A DNA stretch of 64,000 nt, from IMG/VR virus record IMGVR_UViG_3300012944_000024, positions 34,408 through 98,407 of that record. One strand, 5' to 3'. The notes under the pieces are model-generated. The model was not told the DNA's origin. It saw nothing but the letters and a program-made list of their open reading frames with translations, and ran no database searches. Positions 1-9,595 of this stretch are shown in pieces. A program made the position numbers and the translations under genes. Source of the DNA: a virus. Each line of letters starts with the position of its first letter. Position 1 is the stretch's first letter.

Positions 1-266
1 AGCGCGACGATCCTCGCCTGGTTCTCGCGCGCCTCGTCGCGCGCCCGACTCGCTTCTTCGTACGCCGCCCGCGCCGATGCCGCGCACTCGTCGCGCACGC
101 GAAGCGTCTGCGCGGCCATCCCGTCGAGCTGCAGCTGCAAGAGGCGACGCTCCGACGTGTAGGCGCTCCGACCGAGCCACGCCACGATGGTCGCCACGAT
201 CCCCGCGAGCGTCCCGAGTAGCCCGAGGACGGCCCCGAGGGAGATCTTGAGGTTCTCGAGGTCCAC
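1..266 (-). CDS. Membrane-anchored coiled-coil protein (holin/spanin-like), runs off the window edge
   Basis: Own translation from GTG at 266: MDLENLKISLGAVLGLLGTLAGIVATIVAWLGRSAY... (one TM helix) then charged heptad-like helix. Confidence 0.5.
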   Translation of the reverse strand, partial: MDLENLKISLGAVLGLLGTLAGIVATIVAWLGRSAYTSERRLLQLQLDGMAAQTLRVRDECAASARAAYEEASRARDEARENQARIVA

Positions 267-313
267 GCCAGGCCAGGGTGGACCGCAGGGGCGAAAAGCC
301 GCAAGCAACGATA

Positions 314-337
314 GGACTGGACAAGCTTGTCCAATCC
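314..337. promoter_or_regulatory. Operator-like palindrome family B (TGGACAAGCTTGTCCA, core 318-333)
   Basis: Perfect 16-bp inverted repeat between divergent genes; related copies at 45392 and 63159. Confidence 0.6.
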
Positions 338-390
338 GCTACCGTCGTGATCGTGGGTGCCGAGCGCGCCCCGAAAGGATCCTGGGGACC

Positions 391-945
391 ATGAGACGTA
401 TCGCCGCCCTCTTCGCCGCCCTCCTTCTGCCCGCCTGCGGGGGGCCGCCCTTCACCACCGCGGATCGGGCCGCCACGCCGCCCAGCGACGAGGCTGGGAA
501 CCCGGGTTCCCAGGTGCCGATCCCCGACCCCGTGGGCGACGCCGCCTCGGCTGGCAACCGGGACGACGCGGGGCTGCCAGACCCCCCCGCCCCCCTCCCC
601 ACCTCCCCCACCCCGCCTGGCAGCCCCGAGGCGGGCTCGCCGCCCGTCGACCCACCCGACGCCCCCCCGCCCGCGCGCGAGGCCACAGCGCCCTCGTGCG
701 GGCCCGGCAACTGCGCGGGCTGCTGCGACAGTACGGGTACGTGCCAGCGGGGAGGGTCCGACACCGCCTGCGGGGCGTCGGGCAACGCGTGCGGAGATTG
801 TGCCCCTTTGACGTGCCTCTCGGGCGCGTGCGTGGGGGCTACGTGCATGCCCGCGCTCTGCCCGGCGTGCAGCAATGGGCTGTCGTGCTGCGCGGCCGGT
901 GGGTGCGGGTGCGTCGGGGGCGCGGGGCTCTGCGTCGCGAACTAG
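391..945 (+). CDS. Cys-rich lipoprotein with Pro-rich linker
   Basis: MRRIAALFAALLLPA-C lipobox, P/D/S-rich linker, C-terminal CGPGNCAGCC...CG..C repeats. Confidence 0.75.
   Translation: MRRIAALFAALLLPACGGPPFTTADRAATPPSDEAGNPGSQVPIPDPVGDAASAGNRDDAGLPDPPAPLPTSPTPPGSPEAGSPPVDPPDAPPPAREATAPSCGPGNCAGCCDSTGTCQRGGSDTACGASGNACGDCAPLTCLSGACVGATCMPALCPACSNGLSCCAAGGCGCVGGAGLCVAN
496..511. repeat. Palindrome A, GGGAACCCGGGTTCCC (copy 1)
   Basis: Exact; extends to a 20-bp palindrome 494-513; inside the lipoprotein linker. Confidence 0.98.
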
Positions 946-2549
946 AGGTCCCAGCCCATCACGGCCACGTTCACGCTCCCCACGCCGCGCGACGACCCCG
1001 TGCTATCGACCTGCAGGCCGAATCCGAACAGGACTCCGGACGGCGGGATGGCAACCTTCACGCGGTAGCCGACCGCGAGCGCGTTGGCCGACACCGTCGG
1101 GTTTGGCAGGGAGTCGACGATCACCTCGGCGCGTGTGAGCACGTGCGTCAAGGTCGACTCGTACACGAGCACCGAGAGCTGCAGGAAGTCGATGAATCCC
1201 GACGGGACCGGTCCCGAGATGACCGTGAGGAGCAGGTGGAGCGCCTTGGCGTTCGCGGGGTAGTCGGTCACCGGCGCGTAGGTCCCGCTGGAGAACGAGC
1301 CCGACGTAGTGAGGGTCTTGGTGAAAAGACCCCCGGCGCCGGGGACGTTGGTCGTCTGCTTGACCCCATCGGTCACCACCGCGGCGACCGCCCCGCTGGT
1401 GGTCAGCCCGACCGCGATGCAGACGGCCTTCTGCGTCGCCCCCCCCAGCCCCGTCCCTGGGGGCAGGGCGAGAGGTGCGTTGGGGGCGCCCAAAAAGCTC
1501 GCAGGCGTCATCGAGAGCGACGGGATGCCGCGCGGGTTGCCCGGCGCGAGCAGGCCCCCTTGCAGCGTGTAGATCGCCCACCGAGGCAACCCAAACGGCT
1601 CGAGCAGATAGACGTACCCGACCCCCGCGCTGATCGCGCCGCTCTGGTTGGCCGCGAGATTGAGGTCGGTGGTGCCGCCGAGCTGGCCGCCCAGGCGGTA
1701 GAGGCACCCGCCCCCCGTCCCCAAAAAAACGAAGTTTGGATCGGTCGCGCTCGTGTCGACGTAGCCAGTGAGCAGCGCGTGGGTCGGCGAGCTCGCCGTG
1801 TCGATCTGGGTCCGATGGATCCGGGTGTGCGGATCGCGAGTGGCGAGGTTGAAGGGCGGGAAGAGCCGGTCGCCCACGAAGGGGCGCACATCCCAGAGGG
1901 TGCAGTTGGACGAGGTGATGGCGGTGAAGCCGGTGGGGGCGGAGATCACCGCGAGCGGCACCCACCCCACCGCCGTGCCGGGAAACCCGCCGCCCGACCC
2001 GCCCGCGCGCACGCGGTACTGCAGACGCCCGGAGATGACCTTGTTGACCGTCGAGGCGAGAAAGAGCCCCGTGACGGGATTGAAGATGTCGCGGTTGTCG
2101 GTCTCGAGGACCGAGAACCCACCCGCCACCCTCGCGCACTCGACCACGTAGATGATCGTCCCGCCCGACGTGTTGGCCGGGACGGCGAGGGCGCCGGCGA
2201 TGTTGATCCCCGGGTCGCGGATCACCTTGTACTGCGACTCGTCGGGGTTGATCGAAACATCAGGATCGTAGAGGCCGATCACCCCGGGATCGACCAGGAG
2301 GTTCAGGCTGCCGATCTGCGGGCGCACCACCAGCCCGTTGAAGACGGCCGCGCTCGGAGGGGAGGTGGCGATCGTCGACTGCAGGTCGAACGAGCTCGCC
2401 TGCGTGTCGTCGGTGCCGCAGTAGGTGTCGGCGAGCGCGCGGAGCAGCTCGTTCAGATCGAGCCCGCGGAATCGCTGCGCGCGGTTCTGGTCGTCCGAGA
2501 TCGCGCGCTCGCTCGCGTTGTAGACCAGTTCCTGCTCGCCATTGGCCAT
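942..2549 (-). CDS. Baseplate-attached/tail fibre protein
   Basis: About 535 aa, G/T/V-rich, directly downstream of the baseplate wedge genes. Confidence 0.6.
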   Translation of the reverse strand: MANGEQELVYNASERAISDDQNRAQRFRGLDLNELLRALADTYCGTDDTQASSFDLQSTIATSPPSAAVFNGLVVRPQIGSLNLLVDPGVIGLYDPDVSINPDESQYKVIRDPGINIAGALAVPANTSGGTIIYVVECARVAGGFSVLETDNRDIFNPVTGLFLASTVNKVISGRLQYRVRAGGSGGGFPGTAVGWVPLAVISAPTGFTAITSSNCTLWDVRPFVGDRLFPPFNLATRDPHTRIHRTQIDTASSPTHALLTGYVDTSATDPNFVFLGTGGGCLYRLGGQLGGTTDLNLAANQSGAISAGVGYVYLLEPFGLPRWAIYTLQGGLLAPGNPRGIPSLSMTPASFLGAPNAPLALPPGTGLGGATQKAVCIAVGLTTSGAVAAVVTDGVKQTTNVPGAGGLFTKTLTTSGSFSSGTYAPVTDYPANAKALHLLLTVISGPVPSGFIDFLQLSVLVYESTLTHVLTRAEVIVDSLPNPTVSANALAVGYRVKVAIPPSGVLFGFGLQVDSTGSSRGVGSVNVAVMGWDL

Positions 2550-2582
2550 GAGCGGCAATGTCCTACGAGTCGGGGTACCGCG

Positions 2583-4469
2583 TCACGGACACGGACCATC
2601 GTCCAGCAGCAATTCCCAGCCAACCCCACCCGCTCGGACCTTCTCGATCGCCGCGTAGACGGACTGGTAGGTGAGCGAAGAGAGGTAGGGGGAGCCGTCG
2701 AAGAAGTCGTCGTACGGCTCGGCGTCAAACGCGCCGGTCGGGTAGTCGTCAAAGGCGAAGCCGAACTCGCCGAACGAGAGGGTCGGGACGCCCACGTAGA
2801 AGTAGGCGCGCATCGTCAGGTAGGAGAAGAGGACGCGGAACCGGTTGGCATCCATCAGCCCCGCGGTCAGCCCGCTCGGCACCAGGACCGCCCCGCTCCT
2901 CAGCCCCACGATCGGATCCCCGATCGTGAACTTCCCGCGGATGCTGGCGAAGCCCGCGAAGCTCGTGAACGGGGCCGGGGGGCCGGGCACGAACGGGGCC
3001 GGGCCGACGGGATTGTAGACGACCGCGGTCGTCACGATCCCCGCCGCGCTGGTCTGCGAGACCTTCTCGCCGTCGAGAAAGACGCCGGTGAAGATGCCCG
3101 ATGCGACGACGAGGTCGTAGTCGAACGCGTCCCCCCCGGCCCCGTGCACGTCGACGGGCTTGTCGAAGAAGAAGCCCGGATAGCTGGGCTGCCCGGCTTC
3201 GCGAAAGCACCAGGGGATCCCGGGGATCGCGCGGTTGAGCGCGCGCCGGATCGCATTGGGCGAGACCACGTCGGCGAGCTGGGCGACGCGCACGCGGTAC
3301 TGGTCATCAGACTCGGCAGGCGCGCGGTCGATGTCCTTCTCGCGCCCGAGCGCGTCGAGCATCGCGGCCTTGCCGCCCGTAGGGCTCGCGGTGTTGGTCA
3401 CTCTGACCTGCCAGTCGATCACCCAATCCAGCACCCGCCACCCCGCCGTCTCGACCTCGGGGGTCAGGTCGAGGTTCTCGAGCTCCACGTCGATCGCAGC
3501 GGTCGCCCCGCTCACCATCCCGACCACGTCGGTCGCGGCGGCGCCGTTCTGCTTCTGAAACGTCAGCACGAGATCCGCGCCCGCCTGGAAGAGGCCGAGC
3601 AGCAACCCGTACCCCACCACGCTCGCCCCGTTCATCAACTCGAGCTTCTCGCCGATCTCGAACGTGCCGGTGAAGTCGCCCGCGAAGCTGCGCACCGACT
3701 GCTCGAGCGCGAGCTCGAGGGTCCCGCCCGTCTGCGGGGTGACGGAGAGGTTCGGGGGGAGCCACCCGATCGCCCGCGCCACCTTGCCCGTGTTGGTCCC
3801 GGCGGTGAAGGCGACATACTGCCCGACGTGCTGCGGGACGAACGCGTCGGCGACGTCGATCGCATCGAGAAAGACGCGAGCGAGCGAGGAGGTCGTCACC
3901 ACGCCGCCCGGGTAGTTCACCCCGCGCACCGTCGCCTCGACGTTGGTGAAGTTGGTGCCGGGCTGGTCGATCACGACCAGCGTGCCAGGCATGGGGTTGT
4001 TGTAGCCGGCGCCCGGACGCTCCGCGCGCGCCGCCACCGTGATGGGGCCCGTCTCGCCGGGCGCGAAGACCGCGTTGTCGGTCAGCACGTAGCGCCGGCC
4101 CGTCAGCACCCTCACCCCTTCCGGGTATCCCCAGTCGGTGATCTGCTCGTCCACCAGGGTCCCGGCGATCAAGACGAGCGGCAGGGAGAGGAGCCCCGAT
4201 CGGGTGAGGGTGAGGGTGACGGATGCGCGCGACGATCCGCTCGCGGGCTCGTCGGATTGCCCCGACCAGGGCAGCACGAACATCGCCTGGGTGGTGGTGT
4301 CGATCGCCTTGCTGACCCGCTCGCCCTGCGCCCACGCCTGCGTGTACGCCTCGAACCCGCCCCCCTCACCCGCCTGCTCGATCGGCTCGCGGAATCCCTT
4401 GTCGACCGCACGCTCCCAGACCTGCTGCAGCTCGGCCTTCGTGAGCGGCCCGACCTTGGGGGTGATCAC
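2583..4469 (-). CDS. Baseplate wedge protein (gpI/J-like)
   Basis: LDALGREKDIDRAPAESDDQYRVRV motif and C-terminal AIEKVRAGGV; follows baseplate J. Confidence 0.7.
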   Translation of the reverse strand: MITPKVGPLTKAELQQVWERAVDKGFREPIEQAGEGGGFEAYTQAWAQGERVSKAIDTTTQAMFVLPWSGQSDEPASGSSRASVTLTLTRSGLLSLPLVLIAGTLVDEQITDWGYPEGVRVLTGRRYVLTDNAVFAPGETGPITVAARAERPGAGYNNPMPGTLVVIDQPGTNFTNVEATVRGVNYPGGVVTTSSLARVFLDAIDVADAFVPQHVGQYVAFTAGTNTGKVARAIGWLPPNLSVTPQTGGTLELALEQSVRSFAGDFTGTFEIGEKLELMNGASVVGYGLLLGLFQAGADLVLTFQKQNGAAATDVVGMVSGATAAIDVELENLDLTPEVETAGWRVLDWVIDWQVRVTNTASPTGGKAAMLDALGREKDIDRAPAESDDQYRVRVAQLADVVSPNAIRRALNRAIPGIPWCFREAGQPSYPGFFFDKPVDVHGAGGDAFDYDLVVASGIFTGVFLDGEKVSQTSAAGIVTTAVVYNPVGPAPFVPGPPAPFTSFAGFASIRGKFTIGDPIVGLRSGAVLVPSGLTAGLMDANRFRVLFSYLTMRAYFYVGVPTLSFGEFGFAFDDYPTGAFDAEPYDDFFDGSPYLSSLTYQSVYAAIEKVRAGGVGWELLLDDGPCP

Positions 4470-5590
4470 GCCGCCAACCCGACCGTCACGAACGAAGGGG
4501 TCGTCCTGAGCGTCTGGCCGAGCGCGGGGACGAGGTCGCCCGCGGGAGCGACGATTGCCGACTGCTTCACCACCAGGCCTTGCGCGGCGTAGCGCTGTAG
4601 CACCGAGAAGAGCTGGCCCACGTAGAGCGGCCCGTTGACAGGCAGGGAGTTGACGAACCCCACCACCGCCGCCTGGATGATCTGCGAGAGCGCGACGGTG
4701 TCGACGTTGCCCGCGAAGGTGAGCGAGAGGACGACCGAGATGAGCTGCGGGATCGAGGTGAACACGAGCACTGTGATCCCACCCGCGCGGTAGTCGTCAA
4801 GAGAGCTCAGCACTTGGGAGGCGAGCGCGGCCGACGCGACCCCGCTCGAGTCGGCGATGTAGAGGTTCACCACGCGCGCGGGCTGGCCGAGCGTGTTGAT
4901 CGCCTCGACCGCCATCGCCGATGTCACCCCCGGGACCGCCTTGGCGCCGAACTCGATCGCCGAGAGCACCCCGCGGCGCGCGGTCAGCCAGAACCCGCGA
5001 ATGCGGTTTCGGAAGTCGTCATCCTCCTCGACGTCCTCGCCCCCCGCGGTGACGTCGTCGTTATTGACCTGGACGGTCGTGTCGAAGAGCACCTGCGCGT
5101 TCTGAAATCCCCGGATCTGGTTCTTGCCGACCTGGGTCGCCTTGCCCGCCTGGCTCGCGCGTACGTTCGCGAACACGAAGTCGGTCTGCCCGAGGTTGAA
5201 GGTCGCGGTCGTGGTGGTGACGTAGCTGATCCCCCCGATTGTGGTGAGGGTGGTGCCGGCGGGGATGGAGCCGGCCCCGAGCGCTGCGGATAGCCGGAAG
5301 AAGCGCACCGTCCCGAGCGCCGCCGAGGCTCCCTTGCGGGCAATCTGGTAGCGGTCGTAGGCGTAGCGGTCGAGGTCGTCCCCGCTCGCCCCGTCGAGCA
5401 AGAGCGACGAGATTCGGAAGCCGAGCTGCTTGACGATCGCGTAGTGGACGACGCTCTGCGAGCCGACGAAGAGGTTCACGTCGCTCCCGACGACGTCTAC
5501 CTGTCCGGGATCGATCCGCTTCGCCCGCGCGAGGACGTACGCGCGCCCTATGGAATAGAGGTCGACTCGGCTTGGCAAATCGAGCGGCAC
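4466..5590 (-). CDS. Baseplate J/gp47-like protein
   Basis: ASGDDLDRYAYDRY.I.RKGA, AGGEDVEEDDDFRNRI, AKAVPGV motifs typical of baseplate J. Confidence 0.9.
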   Translation of the reverse strand: MPLDLPSRVDLYSIGRAYVLARAKRIDPGQVDVVGSDVNLFVGSQSVVHYAIVKQLGFRISSLLLDGASGDDLDRYAYDRYQIARKGASAALGTVRFFRLSAALGAGSIPAGTTLTTIGGISYVTTTTATFNLGQTDFVFANVRASQAGKATQVGKNQIRGFQNAQVLFDTTVQVNNDDVTAGGEDVEEDDDFRNRIRGFWLTARRGVLSAIEFGAKAVPGVTSAMAVEAINTLGQPARVVNLYIADSSGVASAALASQVLSSLDDYRAGGITVLVFTSIPQLISVVLSLTFAGNVDTVALSQIIQAAVVGFVNSLPVNGPLYVGQLFSVLQRYAAQGLVVKQSAIVAPAGDLVPALGQTLRTTPSFVTVGLAA

Positions 5591-5600
5591 GGGGGCGAGC

Positions 5601-6482
5601 CTACTGCGTCGCGGCGGAGAGCTTGAACTTCGTCGCCCCCCCGCTCTTCATCCGCGCGGCGACGACGAACCAGCAGAGTCCGGGGGCGACGGGATCGGTC
5701 ATCGTCGTAACGGTCACCGCCGCCGTCTCCGGCTCCTGCTTGATCTGCGACTCCCAGTCGGCCGCCAGGGTGGCGCGCAGCTGCGCGGAGGCGAGCCGCT
5801 TGCCGTACGAGGGGATCCCGACCCCGTAGCCGGGCAGGTGGGCGAAGGCGTTCTTCTTGGTGATCCCGCGCCGCAGCACGCGCTTCTTGTACGCGACCAG
5901 GCCCTCGTCGAACGCGTAGTCGCCGGTGTCGTCGACCACGTAGGTCCCGTAGGCGATCGCGGCGGGCGAGAGGGGCGAGGTCCCCAGCAGCGAGGCGGGG
6001 GTCTGGGGGTTGGCGAAGTCTCTCGAGGGAACGGGCGACTCGAGCTGCGGGGGGACGATCCGCCGGTAGAGCCCGATGAAGCCGAGCGAGGCGGGCGTCG
6101 GCATGGGGGTGCGGGTCGCCGCATCCGCCACCCCCGTGACCGTCACGGTGTAGAGCGACGGGAAGGGGGTCATGGGGCGATCGAGGACGAGCTCGATCGT
6201 GTTGGGATCGGCGCCGACGCGCGCGAAGAGCACCGTCACGGCGCGCGCGGTGGTCCCGTCAATCCCCTGGGTGGTCGTGTCGGGCTCGATCGCATAGTGC
6301 GAGAGCAGCGAGGCGTCCTGCAGGTCGAGCAGGCCCGAGAAGTACGGAGCCTCGGAGAAGTAGAGGCGCACCAGATTCTCGGCGATCGCGACGGCTCCCT
6401 GAAACTCGAACCCGCCAAGCGACCCTCCCCACGGGTCTCGCCCCCACCCCTCCGCCCCCCAGCCGGTCGTGGGAGCCGTCAT
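5601..6482 (-). CDS. gp25/W-like baseplate wedge protein with N-terminal Ig-like extension
   Basis: C-terminal KKRVLRR.IT...HLPGYGVGI...IKQEPE resembles gp25-like domain; position before J. Confidence 0.65.
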   Translation of the reverse strand: MTAPTTGWGAEGWGRDPWGGSLGGFEFQGAVAIAENLVRLYFSEAPYFSGLLDLQDASLLSHYAIEPDTTTQGIDGTTARAVTVLFARVGADPNTIELVLDRPMTPFPSLYTVTVTGVADAATRTPMPTPASLGFIGLYRRIVPPQLESPVPSRDFANPQTPASLLGTSPLSPAAIAYGTYVVDDTGDYAFDEGLVAYKKRVLRRGITKKNAFAHLPGYGVGIPSYGKRLASAQLRATLAADWESQIKQEPETAAVTVTTMTDPVAPGLCWFVVAARMKSGGATKFKLSAATQ

Positions 6483-6895
6483 GGATCGAACTCCAGATCG
6501 GGATCCGGGTCGTACGCGGGAATGCGCCCGCCGCCGTAGGGGCCACGAAAAAACAAGGTGGCCGTCACGCTGATCGGGTTGTTGAGATTGCAGTTGAGAC
6601 CGAGCGACAAACCGAAGGTCGGGATCGCAGGTGGGTACGCGAGCGGCGGCAAGTGGAAGCCGAGCGCGGCACTGATAAACGGGATCTTGAATCCGCAGAG
6701 CTCTGCTGCGGGCAGCCCGGCGTCGAAGCTCACGCTCGCGCTGAGCAGGCCAGGCACGGGCGGTAGCTCGGGTAACTGCGGCAGCTCGGGTACCTGCGGG
6801 ACCGACGGGACGGGCGGGACCGATGGGATTGGGGGGATCGACGGGATCGACGGGATCGACGGGTTGGGTATGCCAGGTAGGGTCGGGTTCGGCAT
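6479..6895 (-). CDS. Small Pro-rich baseplate-associated protein
   Basis: (P-x-I/V/L)n tripeptide repeat at the N-terminus; between spike and gp25-like genes. Confidence 0.6.
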   Translation of the reverse strand: MPNPTLPGIPNPSIPSIPSIPPIPSVPPVPSVPQVPELPQLPELPPVPGLLSASVSFDAGLPAAELCGFKIPFISAALGFHLPPLAYPPAIPTFGLSLGLNCNLNNPISVTATLFFRGPYGGGRIPAYDPDPDLEFDP

Positions 6896-6908
6896 CTCGT
6901 CGCCGACG

Positions 6909-7868
6909 TTATCCGATCAGGAGTCCCGGAGCACCGATGCCAGGCGTCGTCCCAGGCACCATCGGTTGCGATAGAGCGGCTTGAATCATGGACAAGAATG
7001 GAGTGACAGGCATCACCGCCGCCGCTTGCAGAGCCCCGCCCGCTCCGAGAGCCGTGGTGATCGCAGCCGCCAGCGTCGCGCCCGTCAGGGGCGTGATCCC
7101 GCCCGTCGCAGCACCGACCGCGATGAAGAGAGCGTTGAGGACAGCCACGACCGATTCGATGCTGGTCGCGTGCCACGACGCCTTGTTGCCCGCGGTTCCA
7201 AACTGCAGGATGCCCTGCGTGTAGAGAAACGACAGAGCCTTGTCGAGAGTCATCTGAGCGCCGTTTGCGCCCATCGTCACTTGCTTCTTCTCGATGTCGA
7301 TCTGTACCAACGTGTCGGCATCCCCGTTTTGAAAACCGAGGAAGTCGGCCGTCAGCGCGAGAAACGCTGCGTCTGCATTGGAGAGAGTGATGTTGCCGAC
7401 CGCGTCGATGCTGAGAAACGCCTTCGTCATCGCGCTTCGCAGCAAGTACGACGCAGACGTTTCGAATATGTAGGGCACCCTCAATCGCCGAAACGCGAAG
7501 TTGTTCCCGTTCGTACTCTGCCCTGCAACCATGGTGGGGAACTTGTCGATCTCTTGATTCAGACGCCCGAGGATCACGCACCCAGCCTTCTCGTCGCCCT
7601 CTGGGATCCCTACGATCACCTCATCCCCACCCAGGAACGGAAACCACTCCCCCTCTCCGTTTCCCGCGACCTCGTGGGCCACGCGGCACACCACCGGGAC
7701 CCCGCTCGGGTGCAGCTTCACGTTCACCAGCGGGCCGTACTCCTTGGTAAACGTGACGCTCTTGGCGCCGGCCGTCTCGATCTCGACCGTCCCGTACGAG
7801 ATCCACTGGCGCGAATCACTCTCGCCACTCGCGGACTCGCGCATCATCGACGGGTCGAGGTAGCTCAC
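6909..7868 (-). CDS. Baseplate spike (gpV/gp5-like, OB-fold)
   Basis: AG.GEGEWFPF..GDEVIVGIPEGD...VILGRL OB-fold signature followed by beta-repeat. Confidence 0.85.
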   Translation of the reverse strand: MSYLDPSMMRESASGESDSRQWISYGTVEIETAGAKSVTFTKEYGPLVNVKLHPSGVPVVCRVAHEVAGNGEGEWFPFLGGDEVIVGIPEGDEKAGCVILGRLNQEIDKFPTMVAGQSTNGNNFAFRRLRVPYIFETSASYLLRSAMTKAFLSIDAVGNITLSNADAAFLALTADFLGFQNGDADTLVQIDIEKKQVTMGANGAQMTLDKALSFLYTQGILQFGTAGNKASWHATSIESVVAVLNALFIAVGAATGGITPLTGATLAAAITTALGAGGALQAAAVMPVTPFLSMIQAALSQPMVPGTTPGIGAPGLLIG

Positions 7869-9595
7869 GGCGATCCCTTGAACGGCTGGTCGACGCGGAT
7901 CTCGACGTAGTTCGCGCCATGCAAGTCGATGCTCACGCCCTCCTCGTCCCCGTCCCAGTCGACGCTCATCTGCCGCAGGCGGAAGGTCGTCTGAAACCCA
8001 CCGTCGACGTACGCCTTTGCGTACGCGGCGGCGAGCTGGTCGTCGAAGCCGAGATCTTGCATCAATTGCGAGGCGCTCGCGAGCAGCCGGTCCTCGAGCT
8101 CTCCCGAGGTGCCGAAATGGGTCTCGCGCGCGACCAGCAGCTCGAAGGTGTCGCCGACGCGCATGTCGAGGATGTCGGGATCGAGGTTGCCCGCCCCGAA
8201 GCTCGCCAGGTTCTTCGTCTTGAGGTCGAGGGTGATCTCGTTACGCCCGACGCTCTGGTAGACGTTCTGCGCGATCATCTTCAGCGTCGCTTCGTCCTCG
8301 ATCCCGCGGATGCGAAAGACCGTCCACTTCTGATCGGTCGTCGCGTCGCCCGGCCGGAATGTCGAGACGAGCTTGTTCGCCGCGCCCTTCGGGTCGGGAA
8401 AGCGCGCGACGAGCGTCTTCTTGCGCCTGGTGCTGTAGCAGCGGCACTCCACGTTGGTCGGCGTGCTCTTGGCGTACTTGCGCGCGATCTTCATCTTGCC
8501 AAGGTTGCGACCCCAGATGAGCCTTCGGTACTGGAAGCTCACCCCGTCGACGGTGCGGCCCTGGAAGGGGTCGTCGACACGCCGCGCGGTCTGGTTGGAG
8601 AGAAGCGTCTGGACCTGCTGGATCAGGATGGTGGTCGCGTCGACGCGGATGATGTGGCCGATCGCGCCCGTCACGTCGGTCAGGTAGTCCCAGACGGAGA
8701 GCTTCTCCGCCGCCGCCCCGCCCTTGCTTGGAGGCGGGCCGAGCTGCGGCTGGAACGCCGTCCCCGCCAGCGCGGCGCCGAGCTGCGGGGGGGTGGTGGA
8801 GGCGGGCAGGTACTGCACCGCGAGCCCGGAGAAGTTCGGGAAGTTGGAGAGGTAGTCGGCGATCGCCTCGTCGATCGGTTTCTTCGGCGAGATGACCAGG
8901 CCCGCCGGCGCCTCCACGTCGATGAGCAAGCGGGTGTTGTCGCAGCACTCGAGCGTGAGGGTCGGTTCGCCGTCGTCGTCCCAGTCGTCGGCGAGGTCGT
9001 CGACGAATCCCTGAAAGCGCAGGTTGGATCGCGTCACCCCTTGATCGTCCTGGTAGGAGTCGGGGATCACGTTGAGCGGCTCGCGGTAGTTGACCTGCCC
9101 GGTCGAGCCGGTGCGGGTCTGGCCCGCCACCCCCGCGGCGTAGTCGGCCGCCTTGACGGTCCCGCCGTACACCTCGACCCCCATCGAACGGATCGTGCGC
9201 GGGTCGAGCGGGCAGTCGATCGTCTTGATCTTCACCGTCGCGGTGTCGGCCGCGCGGATGCCGTTCTGGTTCCACGTGACGCGCTTGGGGATGATGCCCG
9301 CGATCACGTGGGTCAGGTTGTCCACGCTGCTCACCTGCCCCTGCGGGCCGCCCGGCGGGGGCTGCTGGCCCGCCGGCGCGAGGGTGAAGCGGCGCGTCCC
9401 GGGGACGGAGGTGTCCGGGGTGGCGACGAGCGGGGCGCGCTGATCCTTGGTCCCCTTGAGCACCGTGGTCGGCTTGGGGGGCGCGGTCCGCTGCAGCTCG
9501 GTCGAGCCGAACTCCTCGAAGCGCACGATCAGGCGGACCTTGAACGAGGGCCAGTACGTGCCATCGATCTGGGCGCTCGAGACGTTCGTCGCCAT
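7865..9595 (-). CDS. Baseplate hub protein (gp27/gpD-like)
   Basis: LRFQGFVD, TLTLECCDNT motifs; position between LysM gene and spike. Confidence 0.7.
   Translation of the reverse strand: MATNVSSAQIDGTYWPSFKVRLIVRFEEFGSTELQRTAPPKPTTVLKGTKDQRAPLVATPDTSVPGTRRFTLAPAGQQPPPGGPQGQVSSVDNLTHVIAGIIPKRVTWNQNGIRAADTATVKIKTIDCPLDPRTIRSMGVEVYGGTVKAADYAAGVAGQTRTGSTGQVNYREPLNVIPDSYQDDQGVTRSNLRFQGFVDDLADDWDDDGEPTLTLECCDNTRLLIDVEAPAGLVISPKKPIDEAIADYLSNFPNFSGLAVQYLPASTTPPQLGAALAGTAFQPQLGPPPSKGGAAAEKLSVWDYLTDVTGAIGHIIRVDATTILIQQVQTLLSNQTARRVDDPFQGRTVDGVSFQYRRLIWGRNLGKMKIARKYAKSTPTNVECRCYSTRRKKTLVARFPDPKGAANKLVSTFRPGDATTDQKWTVFRIRGIEDEATLKMIAQNVYQSVGRNEITLDLKTKNLASFGAGNLDPDILDMRVGDTFELLVARETHFGTSGELEDRLLASASQLMQDLGFDDQLAAAYAKAYVDGGFQTTFRLRQMSVDWDGDEEGVSIDLHGANYVEIRVDQPFKGSP

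Noticed and set aside
357-4592. 1411-aa plus-strand ORF and similar long plus-strand ORFs (7919-9718, 11390-13402, 16859-18991, 27643-29370, 53110-55671)
   Set aside because: R/G/H/V-rich shadow frames antisense to well-supported minus-strand genes, expected at high GC.
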